In this document: positions 1 to 13,701 of the stretch, in pieces
Layout: every line of letters starts with the position of its first letter
Position numbering within the stretch: position 1 is the stretch's first letter
Source: an uncultured Ectothiorhodospiraceae bacterium
Lineage (GTDB): Bacteria; Pseudomonadota; Gammaproteobacteria; S012-40
Direction: 5' to 3'
NCBI GenBank assembly: GCA_945787715.1
Contig: CALZJE010000003.1
Location: forward strand, 6,088 to 70,087
Length of the DNA stretch: 64,000 nucleotides
The notes under the pieces: model-generated
What the model saw: the letters and a program-made list of their open reading frames with translations, nothing else
Databases searched by the model: none
What the model was told of the DNA's origin: nothing
Program-made: the position numbers and the translations under genes

Positions 1-338
1 AAATTAACGTTGATAAAAATCTCATTAAACAATGTTTAATTCGTACATCTATACTTTCCAATGAAAAATACCGCGGTATCAAATTGGAAATTAATAGCGG
101 CTATTTAAGAGCTTCTGCAAACAATCCTGAGCAAGAAGAGGCAGAAGACGAAATCGAAATAGACTTTGATGGCGAAAAAGTAGAGATTGGATTTAACGTT
201 AACTATCTACTAGATGCCATTACAGCTATCGATTCTGAAATTGTCCAGCTAAATGTCACCGACTCAAACGGTAGTACCTTAATTAAAGCCGATGACAGCG
301 ACGATTGCTTGTATGTAGTTATGCCCATGCGCTTATAA
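1..338 (+). CDS. dnaN: DNA polymerase III beta sliding clamp, C-terminal part (gene starts upstream of the window)
   Basis: The frame is open from the window edge. The C-terminal peptide ...DDCLYVVMPMRL is typical of DnaN, and the gene sits directly upstream of recF-gyrB. Confidence 0.85.
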   Translation, partial: INVDKNLIKQCLIRTSILSNEKYRGIKLEINSGYLRASANNPEQEEAEDEIEIDFDGEKVEIGFNVNYLLDAITAIDSEIVQLNVTDSNGSTLIKADDSDDCLYVVMPMRL

Positions 339-350
339 CCTAGCGCATCA

Positions 351-3852
<3,502 letters not shown>

Positions 3853-3862
3853 TCTTCAAATG

Positions 3863-3894
3863 TGGCGCTTCTAATGAGACTGTTAGAAGCGCCA
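3863..3894. terminator. Bidirectional rho-independent terminator between convergent gyrB and the downstream minus-strand gene
   Basis: Perfect 12-bp stem TGGCGCTTCTAA / TTAGAAGCGCCA with an 8-nt loop. Confidence 0.6.
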
Positions 3895-3900
3895 TATTAT

Positions 3901-4374
3901 CTATAGTGTAGTCGGTTTAACGCTTTTTAATTTTCCCAGCAATTCTTTTAGCATCTTTTTTTCAATCTCTAAATCTTCCATTCTTTTGGATATCTCAACA
4001 ATACTAAGTTGCTGCTTTTGCTCATAATTTGATGTAGTGTCTTGATACCAATCAAGACTAAAATCATTGATGAGTTTCTCCTGGACAGCAGGATAATTTT
4101 TAATTTCTTGCGACCAAAATTCTACATCAGTGTTAATAATATCTAACACTGAAACTTTCAATAAATCCCAGTTACCAGCAGGATCTGAAAACTCATTGGC
4201 TAAGTTAGAAAATTCCCGTTGCCTTATCACTTGCGGCGTTGTTTTATCTTTTATTACTTCCACATATCTCTTAATTTCGAAAATCGAGTTATTAAGATTA
4301 ATAATTGCCTGATCAACAGCATAGGTATTTAATGATAGGCCAGCTAACAAAACTGTAAAAATTATTTTGTTCAT
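3901..4374 (-). CDS. Hypothetical secreted protein (signal peptide MNKIIFTVLLAGLSLNTYA)
   Basis: The ORF track extends to 4464, but that version would overlap the fbp stop and terminator. The internal Met at 4374 gives a clean Sec signal. No family recognised. Confidence 0.5.
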   Translation of the reverse strand: MNKIIFTVLLAGLSLNTYAVDQAIINLNNSIFEIKRYVEVIKDKTTPQVIRQREFSNLANEFSDPAGNWDLLKVSVLDIINTDVEFWSQEIKNYPAVQEKLINDFSLDWYQDTTSNYEQKQQLSIVEISKRMEDLEIEKKMLKELLGKLKSVKPTTL

Positions 4375-4389
4375 ATATATTTCCAACAT

Positions 4390-4422
4390 AAAAAAACCCG
4401 GATAAAGTATATCCGGGTTTTT
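4390..4422 (-). terminator. Rho-independent terminator downstream of fbp
   Basis: Stem CCCGGATA / TATCCGGG flanked by A- and T-runs. Confidence 0.6.
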
Positions 4423-4441
4423 AGACTTAAGCTGTTTAAGA

Positions 4442-5446
4442 TTACTCTTTATGGTATGAAACAACTCTTTCTACTTCGTTCTTAGACCCAAGTATTACAG
4501 GCACTCGTTGGTGGATAGCATTCGGCTCGATATCCATAATTCTTTCTCTACCTGTAGAACTCACTCCACCAGCTTGCTCTACGATAAAAGACATTGGGTT
4601 AGCTTCATACATCAAACGCAGTTTACCCGCCTTGGCTGGATCTTTTGTATCGAATGGATACATGAATATCCCACCACGAGTTAAAATTCTGTAAACTTCA
4701 CCAACCATAGATGCAACCCAACGCATGTTGAAGTTCTTGTCACGCGCTCCTGTAACACCATCAATACACTCTTGAACATAACGTTGAACTGGCGCTTCCC
4801 AAAAACGTTGGTTAGACATGTTAACCGCAAACTCAGCTGTGTCTTCAGGGATTGTGATATCCTTGTGAGTAAGTTTGAACTCACCCGTTCCTGGATCAAG
4901 CGTGAAACCTTGCACACCGTTTCCAGTCGTCAAAATCATTAATGTAGATGGTCCGTATAGAGTGAAACCAGCACAAACTTGTTTGTTACCATCTAGCAAG
5001 TAGTCATTTAACTTTGGATCTGTAACGCCTTCCGGGCATTTAACAATTGAAAATATAGAGCCAACAGTAATGTTCACATCGATATTTGATGATCCATCTA
5101 GTGGATCAAAATACATTAGGTATGGGCCTCGAGGATACTCAGCAGGAATGCTATAAACATCTTCTTCTTCTTCCGATGCCATTCCAGCTAGGTTTCCACT
5201 TCCTTCTGTACAACGGATAAACATCTCGTTAGACATAATGTCTAATTTCTTTTGAGTTTCACCTTGTACGTTTTCACTTTCCGCTGAACCTAGAACGCCA
5301 TAAAGCGCTCCATGGTTTATTGCATCGTGTATTTCTTTACATGCTGAAGCAACATCATCAAGTAAATCAATAAGATGTGCATCAACTGCCTCACCAGCGC
5401 GTTGCGCGTTTACAAGGTGTCTTTTTAGCGTAATGGCGTTTTCCAT
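4442..5446 (-). CDS. fbp: Fructose-1,6-bisphosphatase class 1
   Basis: 334 aa with typical FBPase I sequence ([24 protein letters not shown]). Confidence 0.9.
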   Translation of the reverse strand: MENAITLKRHLVNAQRAGEAVDAHLIDLLDDVASACKEIHDAINHGALYGVLGSAESENVQGETQKKLDIMSNEMFIRCTEGSGNLAGMASEEEEDVYSIPAEYPRGPYLMYFDPLDGSSNIDVNITVGSIFSIVKCPEGVTDPKLNDYLLDGNKQVCAGFTLYGPSTLMILTTGNGVQGFTLDPGTGEFKLTHKDITIPEDTAEFAVNMSNQRFWEAPVQRYVQECIDGVTGARDKNFNMRWVASMVGEVYRILTRGGIFMYPFDTKDPAKAGKLRLMYEANPMSFIVEQAGGVSSTGRERIMDIEPNAIHQRVPVILGSKNEVERVVSYHKE

Positions 5447-5535
5447 TGTATTTCCTTAATTTTTAACAAAAGTCTTTTTTCTGCGGCGAATGATAGCAAA
5501 CTAATGCTCTAATTTCATTGTGTATGAATTGATAA

Positions 5536-6246
5536 TTAGAGAGTTGTTATTTTAGCCATCTCTTCTTCAATTTGGAATTCAACCAAATCATTTAGCTCGG
5601 TGGTAGTTTTTCCTATTGGATCAATCGCAGGAAGGATGGAAATGGTAATCGTACCAGGCTTCTTTAACATACTATGTTTTGGCCAAAACTCCCCAGCATT
5701 ATGCGCTACTGGTACAACTAATTGTCCAGTACTTACCGCGAGCCTCGCACCACCAGCTTTATACTTACCTCTTTTACCGGGAGTAATACGTGTTCCTTCT
5801 GGAAATAACACAACCCATCTTCCGTTTTTTAATCGGTTATCACCTTGTTCTATAATCTGCTCCATCGCCTTTTTCTTTGCTGATCTATCGATGGCAATAG
5901 GTTCTAACATTGCTAGTCCCCAGCCGAAAAAAGGAACACGTAATAACGCTTTTTTTAATACCCAGATCTGTTGTGGAAAAATAACTTGTAAAGCAAAAGT
6001 TTCCCATGTCGATTGATGTTTGCATAAGATGATGGATGCTTTAGCTGGAATATTTTCTTTTCCCTTTACTTTAAAGTCTAAATTACACACCTTTTTTAAA
6101 CACCAGATATTAAACCGTGCCCATTGTCGAATAAATGCATATCTCTTTTCGTAGGGAAGTGGAAAGGTCAATAACGAAGGAATTGAATACAATATAGCCG
6201 TTGTTACCATTATAAAAAAATATATATACGATTTTAATTTTTGCAT
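5536..6246 (-). CDS. plsC: 1-acyl-sn-glycerol-3-phosphate acyltransferase
   Basis: 236 aa with the acyltransferase motifs KHQSTWE (HX4D-like) and VLFPEGTR, and an N-terminal TM segment. Confidence 0.8.
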   Translation of the reverse strand: MQKLKSYIYFFIMVTTAILYSIPSLLTFPLPYEKRYAFIRQWARFNIWCLKKVCNLDFKVKGKENIPAKASIILCKHQSTWETFALQVIFPQQIWVLKKALLRVPFFGWGLAMLEPIAIDRSAKKKAMEQIIEQGDNRLKNGRWVVLFPEGTRITPGKRGKYKAGGARLAVSTGQLVVPVAHNAGEFWPKHSMLKKPGTITISILPAIDPIGKTTTELNDLVEFQIEEEMAKITTL

Positions 6247-6355
6247 TCTAAGTTCTAAATTGAAATTGAAGGGAGCAGCTATTATGCAAAGATAATAACT
6301 AAATTCAACCTTGTTGATTATTCACGAGAATAGTATTTTCCAATACAAAATGTAT

Positions 6356-6907
6356 TTAGCCGACACTACAGACATATTCTACCGCGTCCAATAGATTATT
6401 CTTGATTGGGATATTATGTGCTTTGAGCTCTGTTGCCTTTTCCGCGAGTGTCTTCTTGCCTTTCCCTGTCAGAACTAATATTGGTTTCACTGAGACTTTA
6501 ATTCCTGCTTCCAAATCTCTGTATGAATCACCAATGGTGTAAACACCACACAGTGATGTTTGATAATATTCTGCCATTTTAGTAAACAGACCAGAATTTG
6601 GTTTTCTACAACTACAATTATCATCTGGTCCATGGGGACAATAAATTATTGCGCTAATTTTCCCGCCTTGTTCGGCGCATAGCTGCCTGAGTTTATTATG
6701 CATTTCATTGAGTGTCTGATGACTATAATAACCGCGAGATATGCCTGATTGATTCGTCGCTACGATGATTTTAAAACCGTGTGATGTTAATCTTGCAATA
6801 GCTTCAATAGAACCTTCTTCAGGCTGCCACTCGTCTACTGTTTTTATGTAGTTATCTGAATCTAAATTTATTACGCCATCCCTATCTAATACGATTAACT
6901 TTTCCAA
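6356..6907 (-). CDS. gmhB: D-glycero-beta-D-manno-heptose-1,7-bisphosphate 7-phosphatase
   Basis: HAD motif LDRDGVIN and the zinc-binding CPHGPDDNCSCRKP typical of GmhB. Confidence 0.8.
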   Translation of the reverse strand: MEKLIVLDRDGVINLDSDNYIKTVDEWQPEEGSIEAIARLTSHGFKIIVATNQSGISRGYYSHQTLNEMHNKLRQLCAEQGGKISAIIYCPHGPDDNCSCRKPNSGLFTKMAEYYQTSLCGVYTIGDSYRDLEAGIKVSVKPILVLTGKGKKTLAEKATELKAHNIPIKNNLLDAVEYVCSVG

Positions 6908-8035
6908 CGTTTCTTTTTCCTAGTCTCGTCACTAATAAAATAATAAATAAATACAGGGACCGTTCACCAAATTTCAGCGAACTTTTTTCAGTTACGCTTC
7001 TAATGTCATTTTTCGTTGAATCTTTGAGTGTTGTGAGATACATCCCTGAGAGATTGTTCCAAATATGCTTTATTACATATATTTTTCCAAATTCATCCAG
7101 AGATATAGATGTTGGATGAATGGGAGGAAATCGATTATCAGTGCCGCCTTCATCTGAAAGAAATATTTTACGCAACCCACTACTAGTTTCCTGAGTTGTA
7201 TCTGACGCATTTAATACAGCAATGTAGCCGTTCTCTATCTCTGAAGTGGTTTCTTCATTCACGATATAGCTTAAGCTAACAAGTAATTCATTCTTTTCTT
7301 GGTGATATAAAATATCGCTAGGTGCAGAATCATTTGGAAATTGATGATTTCCAATTTTAACGAGTGCTGCACTTTCTGGAGTTTCATAATTATCCACTTC
7401 TAATAAAACTAACTCAGAGGCAGCCTTGCCCCGATTTACCACAAAGAGTTTGTTTTCATCAGCTAAATAAACACCCGTTGCAGTCTCTTTCCCCAAACCC
7501 AGACTAATGCTTGCGACTTCAATATTTGTTGGAGATTCTAAACTGACGAGTGAAATACCATCAACTCCATTATCATTTGTACCTATGACAAAAAGATATT
7601 GTTCATCTTCGGAGAGTACAAGACTGGTGCCACAAGGACGCTAACACCTCTATCATGAGTAACAAATAATTTGCTTTCATCATTTGTAAAAACCATACCT
7701 CTCGCAAAACTACCTGGAATTTCTGGTGAGCCAATTAGTGAATTATTTGAGGTATCGATGATATTCAGGTAGGATTTTTCATCCCCATCCTCTTCCAGTT
7801 CTGTGGTAACAAAAACGGTATCGCCAGTTTTGTTGATTAACACATCTCTTGGATTACCAAACAATTCAATCGATTCAACATAGACACTATAACTTGCATT
7901 GACTACATGTAACTGACCATGTTTGTTATCATCACCGACATGGTCTGGTACATAGGCAAAAACGTCTGCTTTTGTATAAGGGGTTAAAATGATCAAGCCG
8001 ATAAATAATAAAAAGATTTGTGAGTGTTTTGTCAT
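6882..8035 (-). pseudogene. Beta-propeller (YVTN/lactonase-like repeat) exported protein, disrupted by a frameshift between 7586 and 7640
   Basis: ORFs 7583..8035 (with signal peptide) and 6882..7496 carry the same repeated blade motifs (KLFVTHDRG, QYLFVIGTNDNG, KLFVVNRG). The downstream frame is open upstream as far as 7641 and overlaps the end of the upstream ORF, which implies a single +/-1 shift. Confidence 0.55.
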
Positions 8036-8150
8036 AAAATTACACTAATGATTTAATTTGGGAGATATTATTTTTATCTCGGCTTCTGAGACGTAAATAT
8101 TATCTTTTTTAAAAGCGGTATATACGAATTTATAAAATAGAATTCGTCAG

Positions 8151-8594
8151 TTATCGATGAATCACATATTTACCAGAAAAACTTACGGCAATTTGGTTTT
8201 CATTTTTAATTTCGACATCCAATAATATGCGTGATCTCCCTCTTTTTTGAAAAGTTGAGATAAATTTTTCGACCACTTCCTTAGATGGCATTTTGCACTT
8301 ACCGATTATATCTGACTGTATTGCCATACTATAATCTATTTCACTATGCTGAATGACCACATGTGCTTTTATATTCTTTCTTAATAAAATCCCATATACC
8401 ATAGCCCAACCTGTGAGCACGGACACATTGTATAAACTACCACCAAATGCAGTCTTCTTATGATTTATATTGGGAGCTAATGGAGCTTTTACAACTATCT
8501 CATCATCGTTAAAACTCTCGATGCTTATCCCCATCTGGGTACTGAGTGGAATTTCAGTATGAATTATTTCTTCGATTATTTTATGTAATTGCAT
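8151..8594 (-). CDS. Hotdog-fold thioesterase-like protein (YiiD C-terminal domain-like)
   Basis: 147 aa that resembles the YiiD_C putative thioesterase family (…KTAFGGSLYNVSVLTGWAMVY…). Assignment is from memory of the family consensus. Confidence 0.4.
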   Translation of the reverse strand: MQLHKIIEEIIHTEIPLSTQMGISIESFNDDEIVVKAPLAPNINHKKTAFGGSLYNVSVLTGWAMVYGILLRKNIKAHVVIQHSEIDYSMAIQSDIIGKCKMPSKEVVEKFISTFQKRGRSRILLDVEIKNENQIAVSFSGKYVIHR

Positions 8595-8621
8595 TTTTAG
8601 GCTTATGTTTAACTATTGGAT

Positions 8622-8830
8622 ATTTCACGAAGCTCTTCTGTTTGCATTGGCTGTACAAAGTAATAACCTCGATAATAATGACAACTATATTCTTTTAAGA
8701 ATTCATGTTGTTCGAAAGTTTCAAAACCCTCAGCAACCACGCTCAAACCCAAGTGATGAGATATTTAAATGATAGTATCAACAATCACTTAACCTTTTCC
8801 AAAATCATCTGTCACAATTAAGACTTGAGG
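8622..8830 (-). pseudogene. Decayed remnant of an EAL-domain (c-di-GMP phosphodiesterase) gene
   Basis: A minus-strand frame gives ISHHLGLSVVAEGFETFEQHEFLKEYSCHYYRGYYFVQPMQTEELRE, which is the EAL C-terminal signature (VAEGVET…GYYF.KP). A different frame ~40 nt upstream gives IVTDDFGKG (the DDFGTGYSS motif). Stops and frameshifts separate the pieces, and the region has no ORF of 60 aa or longer. Confidence 0.55.
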
Positions 8831-9092
8831 ATATAGCTGAACGATGAACTAATTTTTCTTTAATGCATTTCGTAACTGATTTTGTAAACCCTGTTCAAGA
8901 AACCTTTAATGTCACAATATTTTGTGGAGATAAAAAAATTATTATATAAATGGTTAATGTTTTGACAGAATTACTTAAAAAAGATCCATACTCTTTTCAG
9001 TAGTTGCGTGACAATTCAGAAATACTTACAAAATACCGAAACTATTTCTGACCACATTAAATTCAATATTGAATAATAACTAATCAAATATT

Positions 9093-9860
9093 ATGCTAAA
9101 AACTCGAACAATTGTAATGATACTTTCTTTTTTTATGTCTGAAGCTAACGCCATAGTTAATATGGATAACCTCCATTTAAACTCAAATAAGGGAGGAATT
9201 TCAGGGAATTTCAATCTAAATTCATCTGGTGCATATGGGAATAGTGAACAATTTCTTATTGAAAGTGGAGCTGATTTCTATGCCAAACAATCTCAGTCAC
9301 TTCAATATTTAACACTAAACTATAGCTACGGTGAAAGTTTCTCCAAAGAAAATCAAAACAAATCCTATGTTCATCTTCGTCATATCAACAATGTAGACAG
9401 CAGCTCAACTTGGGAAATATTTACCCAAATTGAACAAAACAAATTTGCTCGATTAAACTTTAGAGGTTTAGTTGGTGGAGGCTATCGATGGAGTTTTTTA
9501 AAACATTCTAAACATAGCTCATCAATCATCGGTGTTGGTGCTTACTTTAGTGAGGAATATTTAACCCACTCTAGTGACATTAGTGAAGAAAGAAGCCTGC
9601 AATTGTTTCGAGGTAACTTCTATTGGATTTTTCGCACTAACATCTTAGAGAACATTACATTATTTAACACCACATACTATCAACCTGATCTCGAAAACCC
9701 TGATGATTACCGAGTTTTGGAAATAGCCGGGATCAAAATACCTTTATCAAAAAATTTGAGATTGAATTTATATGGGGAAGGAACTTTCGATAGCAAACCA
9801 CCAGCTAATGTAAAAAAAGGTGATTTGTCATATAAGACTGGAATTGAGTATAAGTTCTAA
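9093..9860 (+). CDS. Outer-membrane beta-barrel protein, DUF481-like
   Basis: Signal peptide, ~255 aa, alternating amphipathic beta-strand pattern and a C-terminal aromatic (…GIEYKF). Confidence 0.45.
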   Translation: MLKTRTIVMILSFFMSEANAIVNMDNLHLNSNKGGISGNFNLNSSGAYGNSEQFLIESGADFYAKQSQSLQYLTLNYSYGESFSKENQNKSYVHLRHINNVDSSSTWEIFTQIEQNKFARLNFRGLVGGGYRWSFLKHSKHSSSIIGVGAYFSEEYLTHSSDISEERSLQLFRGNFYWIFRTNILENITLFNTTYYQPDLENPDDYRVLEIAGIKIPLSKNLRLNLYGEGTFDSKPPANVKKGDLSYKTGIEYKF

Positions 9861-9909
9861 AACTTAGAGACATATGCTAATACAAATGTCTCATCTACAT
9901 AGTGAAATC

Positions 9910-11973
9910 CTAAGATAACTTGGATATATCAGCAATTCGAGAAAATTGTTGATAGAGTTTTGAAAGCATCGCCAAACGATTATTTCTCACAGCTTTGTTA
10001 TCCGTCATTACCATCACGTGATCAAAAAAATCATCTATTGATTCTTTAAGTTGAGACAACAACTTCAGCGCTTGATCATAATCTTGCTTTTCAACGAGTG
10101 AATTTACATCAGACTCTAGCTCAGTTAATCGAGAATAGAGAATATTTTCTTGTTCTCCTTCAAAAAGATCAACATTAACATCTGAAGGCAACTCTTCTTT
10201 ATTTTTACGCAATATATTACTAATTCTTTTATTCGCTGCGGCTAACGCTTCTGATTCTGGTGATTTTTCAAACAACGCTACCGAATTCATGCGCGCATCA
10301 AAGTTTGCAGGTATTGTTGGCCGTGCTGCTAAAACTGCTTCGAATACTTGTGGTCGATACCCTTGCTCGTGATAGTAACCTTTCAAGCGATCCATCATAA
10401 ACTCATAAACTACGCCAACAACTTCATTATTCTTCAACGAATATTGTTTCGCTACGATTGTTAGAAGCTTATCAAGATCAAGTAGCAATGACTTTTCAAT
10501 CATTATTCGCAATATTCCCAATGTCGCCCGTCTTAATGCAAATGGATCTTTATCACCAGTGGGGATTAGGCCAATAGAAAAAATTCCAACAAGCGTATCT
10601 AATTTATCCGCCAGAGAGACAATTTGCCCAACTTTTGATGGTGGCAAACTATCACCAGCAAAGCGAGGCATGTAGTGCTCTAAAATAGCTTCCGCAACCT
10701 CTGCATCTTCTTTATCGTGAAGTGCGTAATAGCGGCCCATTATTCCCTGTAATTCCGGGAATTCACCAACCATTTCTGTCATCAAATCACACTTTGAAAG
10801 TTCTGCAGCACGCACAACGTGTTTTTTATCGACGCCAAGCTGCTTAGCAATTGCTTCAGCAAGCCCCATCACCCGAGTCGTTTTGTCGTATAGCGTTCCT
10901 AATTTGTTCTGGAAAACAACTGTCTTTAATTTTTGTAATTCAGTATTGAGCGGTGTTTTTCTATCCGTATTCCAGAAAAAATCTGCATCACTTAACCGAG
11001 GATGAATAACTCGTTCATTACCCTGTTTAACGGTATCAGGATTTTTACTGTCAATATTTGAAACAGTGATAAAACACGGCAGCAATTCATCATCTTTAAT
11101 CACATGAAAATATTTTTGATGACTTTTCATCGCTGAAACCAAAGCTTCCGAAGGAATTTCTAAAAATTTCTCATCAAAATTTCCTAAAATTGCTTTTGGC
11201 CATTCCACAAGCCCTGTGACTTCATTGAGTAATGCTTCATCAATAACCGCTAAACCATTTACTTTGAGAGCAGCTTGTTCTACTTGCGCTTTAATGGCTG
11301 CTTTTCGTTTTTCAAAATTGGCTAGCACGTGACCATTAAGTTCCAACAACGATTCATAATCTGATGGATTCGGTAATTCGATCGGTTCAGGATAGTGGAA
11401 TCGATGTCCTTTGGTTGTTCTTCCCGCTTTTAATCCGAGTACTGAACAATCGACCACGTCGCTACCGAGCAACATCACTAACCAATGAACTGGTCTTACG
11501 AATTGAGTCTGGCTGTCTCCCCAACGCATGCGCTTTGGTATAGGCAATTTAGCCAGAGCTTCTTCCACCATTGACGGAAGAAGTTCTCTTGTCTCTTCAC
11601 CTTTCACAGTGCTTCTGAAAACTAGCCAGGCCCCTTTATCGGTATCTGCTTTTTCCAATTCGTCTACTGAAACGCCACATGAGCGAGCAAATCCTACTGC
11701 AGCAGGTGTAGGGCAACCGTCCTCTTTAAACGCAGCACTCACTGCAGGGCCTCTTCGTTCAACTTCTTTGTTTTCTTGTTTTAACAAAATAGAAGATATT
11801 TTCACCGCCAATCGCCTTGGGGATGCAAAATTTTCTACTTCACCAAAAGTAACACCAGCCTTTTCCAGACTTTCAACGAGATTGTCAGAAAATGTTTTTG
11901 ATAACTTCTCTAATGCTTTTGGTGGAAGTTCTTCGGTCCCCAATTCAACAAGAAAATCTGCTGTATTTGACAT
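9910..11973 (-). CDS. glyS: Glycine--tRNA ligase beta subunit
   Basis: 687 aa, typical GlyS. Its start overlaps the glyQ stop (ATGA). Confidence 0.9.
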   Translation of the reverse strand: MSNTADFLVELGTEELPPKALEKLSKTFSDNLVESLEKAGVTFGEVENFASPRRLAVKISSILLKQENKEVERRGPAVSAAFKEDGCPTPAAVGFARSCGVSVDELEKADTDKGAWLVFRSTVKGEETRELLPSMVEEALAKLPIPKRMRWGDSQTQFVRPVHWLVMLLGSDVVDCSVLGLKAGRTTKGHRFHYPEPIELPNPSDYESLLELNGHVLANFEKRKAAIKAQVEQAALKVNGLAVIDEALLNEVTGLVEWPKAILGNFDEKFLEIPSEALVSAMKSHQKYFHVIKDDELLPCFITVSNIDSKNPDTVKQGNERVIHPRLSDADFFWNTDRKTPLNTELQKLKTVVFQNKLGTLYDKTTRVMGLAEAIAKQLGVDKKHVVRAAELSKCDLMTEMVGEFPELQGIMGRYYALHDKEDAEVAEAILEHYMPRFAGDSLPPSKVGQIVSLADKLDTLVGIFSIGLIPTGDKDPFALRRATLGILRIMIEKSLLLDLDKLLTIVAKQYSLKNNEVVGVVYEFMMDRLKGYYHEQGYRPQVFEAVLAARPTIPANFDARMNSVALFEKSPESEALAAANKRISNILRKNKEELPSDVNVDLFEGEQENILYSRLTELESDVNSLVEKQDYDQALKLLSQLKESIDDFFDHVMVMTDNKAVRNNRLAMLSKLYQQFSRIADISKLS

Positions 11974-12902
11974 TATTTAGCCTCCCCAATGTTTTTATTG
12001 AGCATAGGGAAACCCAAATTTTCTCGACAATCGTAATAAGAGTGAGCAACTGCTTTAGACAAATTTCTTACACGACCAATAAATCTTGCACGTTCTGTCA
12101 CCGATATCGCGTGACGTGCATCTAGCAAATTAAAGGTGTGTGATGCCTTTAAAACCATTTCGTAGGCAGGTAACGGCAAATTCAATTCAATGAGTCGATT
12201 ACCTTCTTTTTCATAAAAATCAAATAGTGTAAATAACGTATCTACAGGGGCATGTTCAAAATTGTAGGTAGACATCTCAACTTCGTTTTGATGAAAAACA
12301 TCGCCATAAGTGACTTTACCTTGTGGACCATTTGCCCAGGTTAGATCATACACACTAGAGACCCCTTGTATGTACATTGCGAGTCTTTCTAGACCATAGG
12401 TAATTTCACCGGTTACCGGTTTGCAATCTAAGCCGCCCACTTGTTGAAAATAGGTAAATTGCGTGACTTCCATGCCATTCAACCAAACTTCCCAACCTAA
12501 CCCCCAGGCACCAAGAGTTGGAGATTCCCAGTCATCTTCTACAAATCGAATGTCATGTTCTAGGGTGTCAAAACCAAGCATTTTCAATGAATCTAGATAC
12601 AATTCTTGAATATTATCGGGAGATGGCTTCAATATTACCTGAAATTGGTAGTAATGTTGTAAGCGATTTGGGTTTTCCCCATAACGCCCATCAGTTGGTC
12701 TTCGCGACGGCTGAACATATGCTGCATTCCATGGTTCAGGGCCAATTGAACGTAAAAAAGTCGCAGGATGAAACGTACCTGCGCCTACCTCTATGTCAAG
12801 TGGCTGAATAATCACACAGCCTTGATCTGCCCAATAGTGCTGTAGAGCAAGAATTAGCCCCTGAAAGGTTGAAATATCAACATTAGCATCCGAAATTTGC
12901 AT
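11973..12902 (-). CDS. glyQ: Glycine--tRNA ligase alpha subunit
   Basis: 309 aa, highly conserved GlyQ sequence (…[25 protein letters not shown]…). Confidence 0.9.
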   Translation of the reverse strand: MQISDANVDISTFQGLILALQHYWADQGCVIIQPLDIEVGAGTFHPATFLRSIGPEPWNAAYVQPSRRPTDGRYGENPNRLQHYYQFQVILKPSPDNIQELYLDSLKMLGFDTLEHDIRFVEDDWESPTLGAWGLGWEVWLNGMEVTQFTYFQQVGGLDCKPVTGEITYGLERLAMYIQGVSSVYDLTWANGPQGKVTYGDVFHQNEVEMSTYNFEHAPVDTLFTLFDFYEKEGNRLIELNLPLPAYEMVLKASHTFNLLDARHAISVTERARFIGRVRNLSKAVAHSYYDCRENLGFPMLNKNIGEAK

Positions 12903-13128
12903 ATTGTTAGTGTGTTTCGCGAAAAAAGCGTAAGTATACCGATGCCACCCTGCAAAAACTATCTTTGCTGCCTATATCTCACAGGATATTTCATGAAAGT
13001 TATAACAGAGAACTAAAAAGCAGCATTTGCTTAAATCTCCTTTTAATCAAAATGGATAATCAGATCGTAAAGTATGTGTTTATTTGAGCCGATTAACTAA
13101 ACAGACCATTTAAAGAGAATATATCAAT

Positions 13129-13701
13129 ATGTCTCAAATCATTATCGATTCAAGTAGTACAGAACAATGGCAAAAGTTGGTTCATGAAGCAGAATCTTTA
13201 TGTGAATTTCAATTAGACGAAGAGTTAGAAAGCTATTTGGTATTTTTATTAATGCGCTTTTTAGGTCGTTCGGACTTTACTTCTCGAATAATGGCGATGG
13301 ATTATCTTCATAGCCTAATCCAAACCGGTCAATTACAACAGGAAAGCTTAAGAGATGTGGGGGATCACTGTTTACTGTTTTCTGGTCTATTCCCAAAAAT
13401 AGCAGAGAGACGAAGTGTGAAAATTAGCTACTACGTTGGGATTGGCAAAAGTGCGTATAGCCACTTGGCTGATACCTGCAAAGAAAGTTTAGGAACTTTT
13501 TACCGCCAGTTAGCTGATGCTTTTGTGCAACTAATGGATATTCTTCAAGTAATTGGCAATATGCGAAACAACGCAGAAGTTCTTTCGCCATTAGAAGCAC
13601 TAGAATTATGGGGAGATACTCAAAGTAAACAAGCACTTAGATCCATCCGAAGCTTTTCAAAGGGAACACCAATAATTCATTCGCAATCCACAAAGCATTA
13701 A
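13129..13701 (+). CDS. Hypothetical protein
   Basis: 190-aa ORF with a plausible start. No recognisable motifs. Transcribed divergently from glyQ. Confidence 0.4.
   Translation: MSQIIIDSSSTEQWQKLVHEAESLCEFQLDEELESYLVFLLMRFLGRSDFTSRIMAMDYLHSLIQTGQLQQESLRDVGDHCLLFSGLFPKIAERRSVKISYYVGIGKSAYSHLADTCKESLGTFYRQLADAFVQLMDILQVIGNMRNNAEVLSPLEALELWGDTQSKQALRSIRSFSKGTPIIHSQSTKH

Noticed and set aside
3901-4464. The longer 187-aa version of the minus-strand ORF starting at 4464.
   Set aside because: It would overlap the fbp stop and run through the fbp terminator hairpin. The internal Met at 4374 gives a canonical signal peptide.
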